Assembly: GCF_006345805.1 (NCBI RefSeq)
Contig: NW_021833670.1
Coordinates: 1 to 58,806, forward strand
Direction: 5' to 3'
From: Octopus sinensis
Taxonomy: Eukaryota
Length of the DNA: 58,806 bases
This document shows positions 54,325-58,806 of this stretch, in pieces; position 1 is the first letter of the stretch, and the number at the start of each line of letters is the position of its first letter. Below the pieces are notes generated by a model, which was not told the DNA's origin, did no database searches, and saw only the letters and a list, made by a program, of their open reading frames with translations. Position numbers and translations under genes: made by a program.

Positions 54325-54862
54325 AGGGAAAGAAGCTCATCAATAAAACATTTTTGCTCTGACCGCATCTCGGGCAAGTCGGTCCAGTGTGTCTCAAACC
54401 GTGCCTGTAGAGCTTATCCCGAACAGGTAATGCTTCTCGATAGCACTGCCAGGCCATGGGCCTTTGGTGATTGTCCATAGGTTCCGGCCCGTAAGTTATC
54501 CTGAACAAGCGGGTCAGGTGTTCCTCGTCGACACCCAGATTCTACCCGAGAATGTCGTCGCACCACACTCTACTAATCCTCTATAGAACGCCTTTGTTGT
54601 AATGAAGTCGCACAAGTTTGGTCCCGGACGGCAGTGTTGCTTGAGAGCAACGCGATACACGCGGTGCCATTCGCCTAGCCTCGGTCTCTGTTTGATCCAC
54701 GACTGTAGTTCGGTCAAGGAGATGAGCTGCGGGAAAGCGCGCCGCGCAAACGGCGACCACACCTGTTCACCGTCGTCTATGAAGTACCGGAGCTGTAGTC
54801 TCAGCGCATGTCTTCGCATCATCCACCATGGCATGCCTGGCCCTCCATTTCGCGGGTGTTGA
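54325..54862 (-). pseudogene. L1/Tx1-like ORF2 fragment with RT-associated zinc-binding region
   Basis: RRHALRLQLRYFIDDGEQVWSPF...KAFYRGLV, then [frameshift] MAWQCYREALPVRDKLYRHG..GPTCPRCG (zf-RVT-like). Confidence 0.75.
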
Positions 54863-54880
54863 CAGATGAATAGATAGATA

Positions 54881-55041
54881 AGTTTCTTTATTGGCCACAC
54901 AGGGCTGCACACAGATGGGACAAGTTACAAGATAGAGCTTTTCTTTTGGGGTATGAAAAAAAACAAGAAACAAAAGAAACAAAAAAAAAGGTGGCGTAGG
55001 TTTTCGATCAAAAGGGATCGTAAAAGGGAAAAAAAAGAACA

Positions 55042-55048
<7 letters not shown>
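54881..55048 (-). mobile_element. 168-bp 3' terminus of the same L1/Tx1-like family, flanked by (GATA)n
   Basis: Shares TTTCTTTATTRGCCACACAGGGCTGCACACAGA and TTTTCGATCAAAAGGGATCGTAAA with 10911-11030. Confidence 0.8.
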
Positions 55049-55120
<72 letters not shown>

Positions 55121-55402
55121 TAGATAGATAGATAGATAGACAGATAGATGCATGAACAGAGCAGCGTAGCCTCTGTCAATTCTGTTAGCCAGCGATTAGT
55201 GATGTTAAGTTTAGCGAATAACTCACTACATAATTGGTTCCTTGGAATTGCACACAGACGACACAGATCATTGATTCTGCAAACAGTGCACCAGCATAAC
55301 CTTAGCCATCAGCGCTAAAACAAATAATAGAATTTAAATATGCATTAATATATATACATAACTACTTGCAGTCTCTTTTTCCGTCTCATTATCGCTCTAT
55401 TC

Positions 55403-55433
<31 letters not shown>

Positions 55434-55472
55434 ATATATATAATATATATCGGAGATTGTGAGTGTGCGAAT

Positions 55473-55530
<58 letters not shown>

Positions 55531-56599
55531 GTCTATATATATGTATATAATATACTGAAGCTATGTACATATCTATATATATGTAAAATATATATATAGA
55601 TATATAGATATATATATAATTGTGCACATATACACAATACACTCATATTTGTGTGTATGTACATGTATATGTGTGTGTGTACATATGTATAAATATGTAT
55701 ATATTTAAATGCATGCATATATGTTGTATATACATACATATATATACACACACATATATATATATATACCTGCATATATATATATAATATGATAATTTAT
55801 ATATATATACATGGATGTGTATATATATATACGTTATGTATAATATATATATATATATATATAATATATAAATATATTATTTATGTATATATATATGCAT
55901 ACATACATACATATATATACAAAAACAGGCACACACTTTTACACCCAGCTTGCGTATTCGACATTCATTGCAATTACCTGTATATTAAAGGAAGTAATAG
56001 AAAGACAAATATGCAAATTCATTAGAAAATTTCTAATTAGTCCAAGTTCTGATTTAATTAACTGCTTTTGAAGCACTGTCTGACAAATTGCTTTTGCATT
56101 TAAATATAGAAACACTTCCGCAAAGGTCACACCATTGATCTCGGGTCGTGTTCCGAAAGTACCTCGTTAATTATAATCACATCTTGTCACACGCTATCAT
56201 AGCAAACCAATGCGAGTGCTTCTATGTGATCAATCGACCTGCTGGAAATAGCACCAAATTCTCCCTCAAATCCTGCCCATTCTTAAAAAATTACAAAAGA
56301 GCACATGAGATAATATAGTCCAGGGTCAGATAAACAAAATTAATGAAGGAGAGGAATAATAATGGCTGGTAAATCTTTAGCCATTGATCTGCTTGATGAA
56401 GAATAACCTGGGGTTAAACAATAGCTACAATATTACAAAACGTGTCAAATCATTCCGGTAAGCACTGACAAGTGCTTCTCTACGTTATGTTCCCGCGTAC
56501 CCTGCAAGAAATAACTGTGAAGTCTCCTTCAAATTTGTTGCTGCCACATCAAATTAATGGAGGAAACACTGGACAATGTAAGCTTATATCTATAAAACG

Positions 56600-56674
<75 letters not shown>

Positions 56675-56759
56675 AATAACAAAATAATAAATAAACATAT
56701 ACATATATACATACATATATGTACGTACCTACATCTATATGTATATATACATGCATATG

Positions 56760-57110
56760 AGTACAGGACACCAAAAAAACGTCGAACACAATGAGAACGA
56801 ACATAAAAACAAAACATGGAACGGACATTTTTTAAACAACGAAAAAACAGGGTACAAGACATTCCACAAGAAAATTCCCCTCTCTTCAGCCGCCTCCGTT
56901 TCGTCTACTACTCCGTGTTTCGAAGGTAAAGGCGAGACATGACTTCAGTGAAACGGTCCTTCCCGCAAAGCAAATTAAATAAAATTTGAGATTTTTTGCG
57001 GAGGGGTAAAAGTGATAACAAAAACAGGACAGTAAAAACAATGCAAGACAGTAAAAATACAAATAAAAACAGTAAAAAACAGGACAAGTAGAATAACAGT
57101 AATACAAACG
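56760..57110. repeat. Interspersed repeat fragment, related copy at ~57960-58330
   Basis: Both share AAATAAAATTTGRGATTT..CGGAGGG...AACAAAAACAGGACAGT; possibly a PLE terminal region. Confidence 0.5.
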
Positions 57111-57226
57111 GTAAGGGATGTTAAGCCGAAATATACATATAATGAGGGAATATCAATTCCGGCGTCACAGGGATGAGATATTCAAGTTAAGAATATTAAT
57201 TTGAATTATTCTCAATGAATAAATAC

Positions 57227-57849
57227 ATATATAAAAGTATCAATTAGAGACAGAATTCTCCATAAGATTCAACAAATCAATATACAAATTCCCTTTATAT
57301 TTTTCCATATATTTTTTCATGTCTTTTCATATCTTCATTCGTATTTTACGCATAACATTCAACTGAATTTTTGTCAATCGCTTTAGTTTCCATTCGTCCC
57401 TTAATCATCCTCTTCATTTGGATATATATATCTCTTATAATATTATATTTTCTTTTCATTAGTATATATTTTTTCCGTATTCGTATATATTTTCTCATTC
57501 GTAATTCACATTTAATTCTAAATTAATTATGTCTTAAACTGCAGGGTTCAATGAATTTACTTATTTATACATCTGTTTAGTTTGACATACTTTTAAGTTA
57601 GAATATATAAAGATAGATAAAGTTATAAACGAGGACCTGAAGATTGGGGTTGTATATAAGGGGAGGTTCTGTAAGAGACTACGTGTCCCAGGAACATAGA
57701 TATACAAGCTCATGAAACACGTGTAGCCGTAAACTTTGAAAACGAATAGTAAGTATTAAATATAATATCTATGACATGGTTGAATTTGTATTCTGATTTG
57801 TTGAATCTTATGGGGATTTCTGTGTCTAACTGATACTTTGATATATATA
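57227..57849. mobile_element. MITE-like fold-back element with ~65-bp imperfect inverted repeats
   Basis: 57227-57291 versus the reverse complement of 57782-57849 (AAAGTATCARTTAGASACAGAA..CCATAAGATTCAACAAATCA..TACAAATTC), TA-rich flanks. Confidence 0.6.
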
Positions 57850-58806
57850 AAATATATATATATAATACATATATACATACATAATATTATATATATATAT
57901 TATATATATATATATAATATATATATATATATTATATATATATAATATATATTATATATATATATGCACATGCTGTATGAATAACGGACGTCCACCAGCG
58001 TTCAAACGCAGGAAAATACGTAGTTAAACGAGTAAATACGAAAACAACGAGAGATAAAATGGTAAACAGGACAAGTAAACACAGAGAAACGACCTTTCAT
58101 CAGTTGTCAGCTGTCTATCTACTCCTCAGTTCGAGCATTCAACGACAATTTAAGTATTCAAAGACAATTGCTCCCATAAACTCTAAAATAAAATTTGGGA
58201 TTTACGGAGGGTCAAAGTTGGGAACAAAAACAGGACAGTGGAGACATACAAGGAAACCGAATGAAAGTATTCATGGAGGGTCGTTAGATCAGAACGAGAG
58301 GTAAAAAGTGAATGCTGGGAGAAATATTTTCTTTGAAAAGAGAAAAAATAGAAGAGAGACAAAAACGTCCAGTCCTTTGAACGTCCGTGCATGAAAAGAA
58401 AGACAGTCACATAAGGAAAAGAAAGATGGACGATGGTTACGTGTGAGCAACGTGAGAGAGAAAAAGAGAAAGATCAGGAGAAAGACAGACAGATAGAAAA
58501 TGGTGAAAGAGGGAGGTGGAGTAAAAGGGAATTAGAGAAGGATAAAGGAAAAAAACTATAGAACGGGATCGCATCGAAAAGGTGAAGATAAAATTACTTG
58601 GAAATGGATGCGTGGCATTCGCAGTACCCTTAAAGCCAGGAACTTTTCAACACCCACTCGTATATTTCAAAGAAGGGGAATCACATATACAAAAACCTTG
58701 CATCCATGTGTTCACCGATTAGTTCATATTACGTAACTCAAGACAGCCAACATAAATGAGACATAGTATCAATGCAGATGTGTGCAGTGAATGCATGGAT
58801 GCAGTG

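Noticed and set aside
56870-58130. CTGAAGA/CTGATGA motifs on the minus strand (~56885, ~58098)
   Set aside because: No closing stem II plus GAAA in a valid topology.

Overview
Eukaryotic, AT-rich, extremely microsatellite- and transposon-dense DNA. The SINE families and repeat landscape look like an octopus (coleoid cephalopod) genome; this is inferred from recalled family features and not confirmed by a search. No intact protein-coding gene, tRNA, rRNA or CRISPR array can be supported, and almost all ORFs in the track are translated microsatellites. Supportable DNA-transposon content: a tandem duplication of a dead mariner plus its flank (27.7-30.9 kb), an internally deleted Chapaev3-like element (12.35-13.78 kb), a MITE with an exact 8-bp TSD (3.95-4.38 kb) and Helentron-type non-autonomous elements. 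Supportable retroelement content: Penelope-like remnants, Tx1/L1-like fragments sitting in (GATA)n, a Dong/R4-like RLE fragment in (TAA)n, RTE and CR1/Jockey-type RT fragments, and at least five tRNA-derived SINE families. The most interesting signals are (i) two ~99% identical 556-bp elements in inverted orientation 187 bp apart, within a cluster of (AAT)n-embedded insertions, (ii) two minimal hammerhead-ribozyme-like motifs, one in the tail of a tRNA-headed SINE, and (iii) apparent partitioning of retroelement families among different microsatellite targets.
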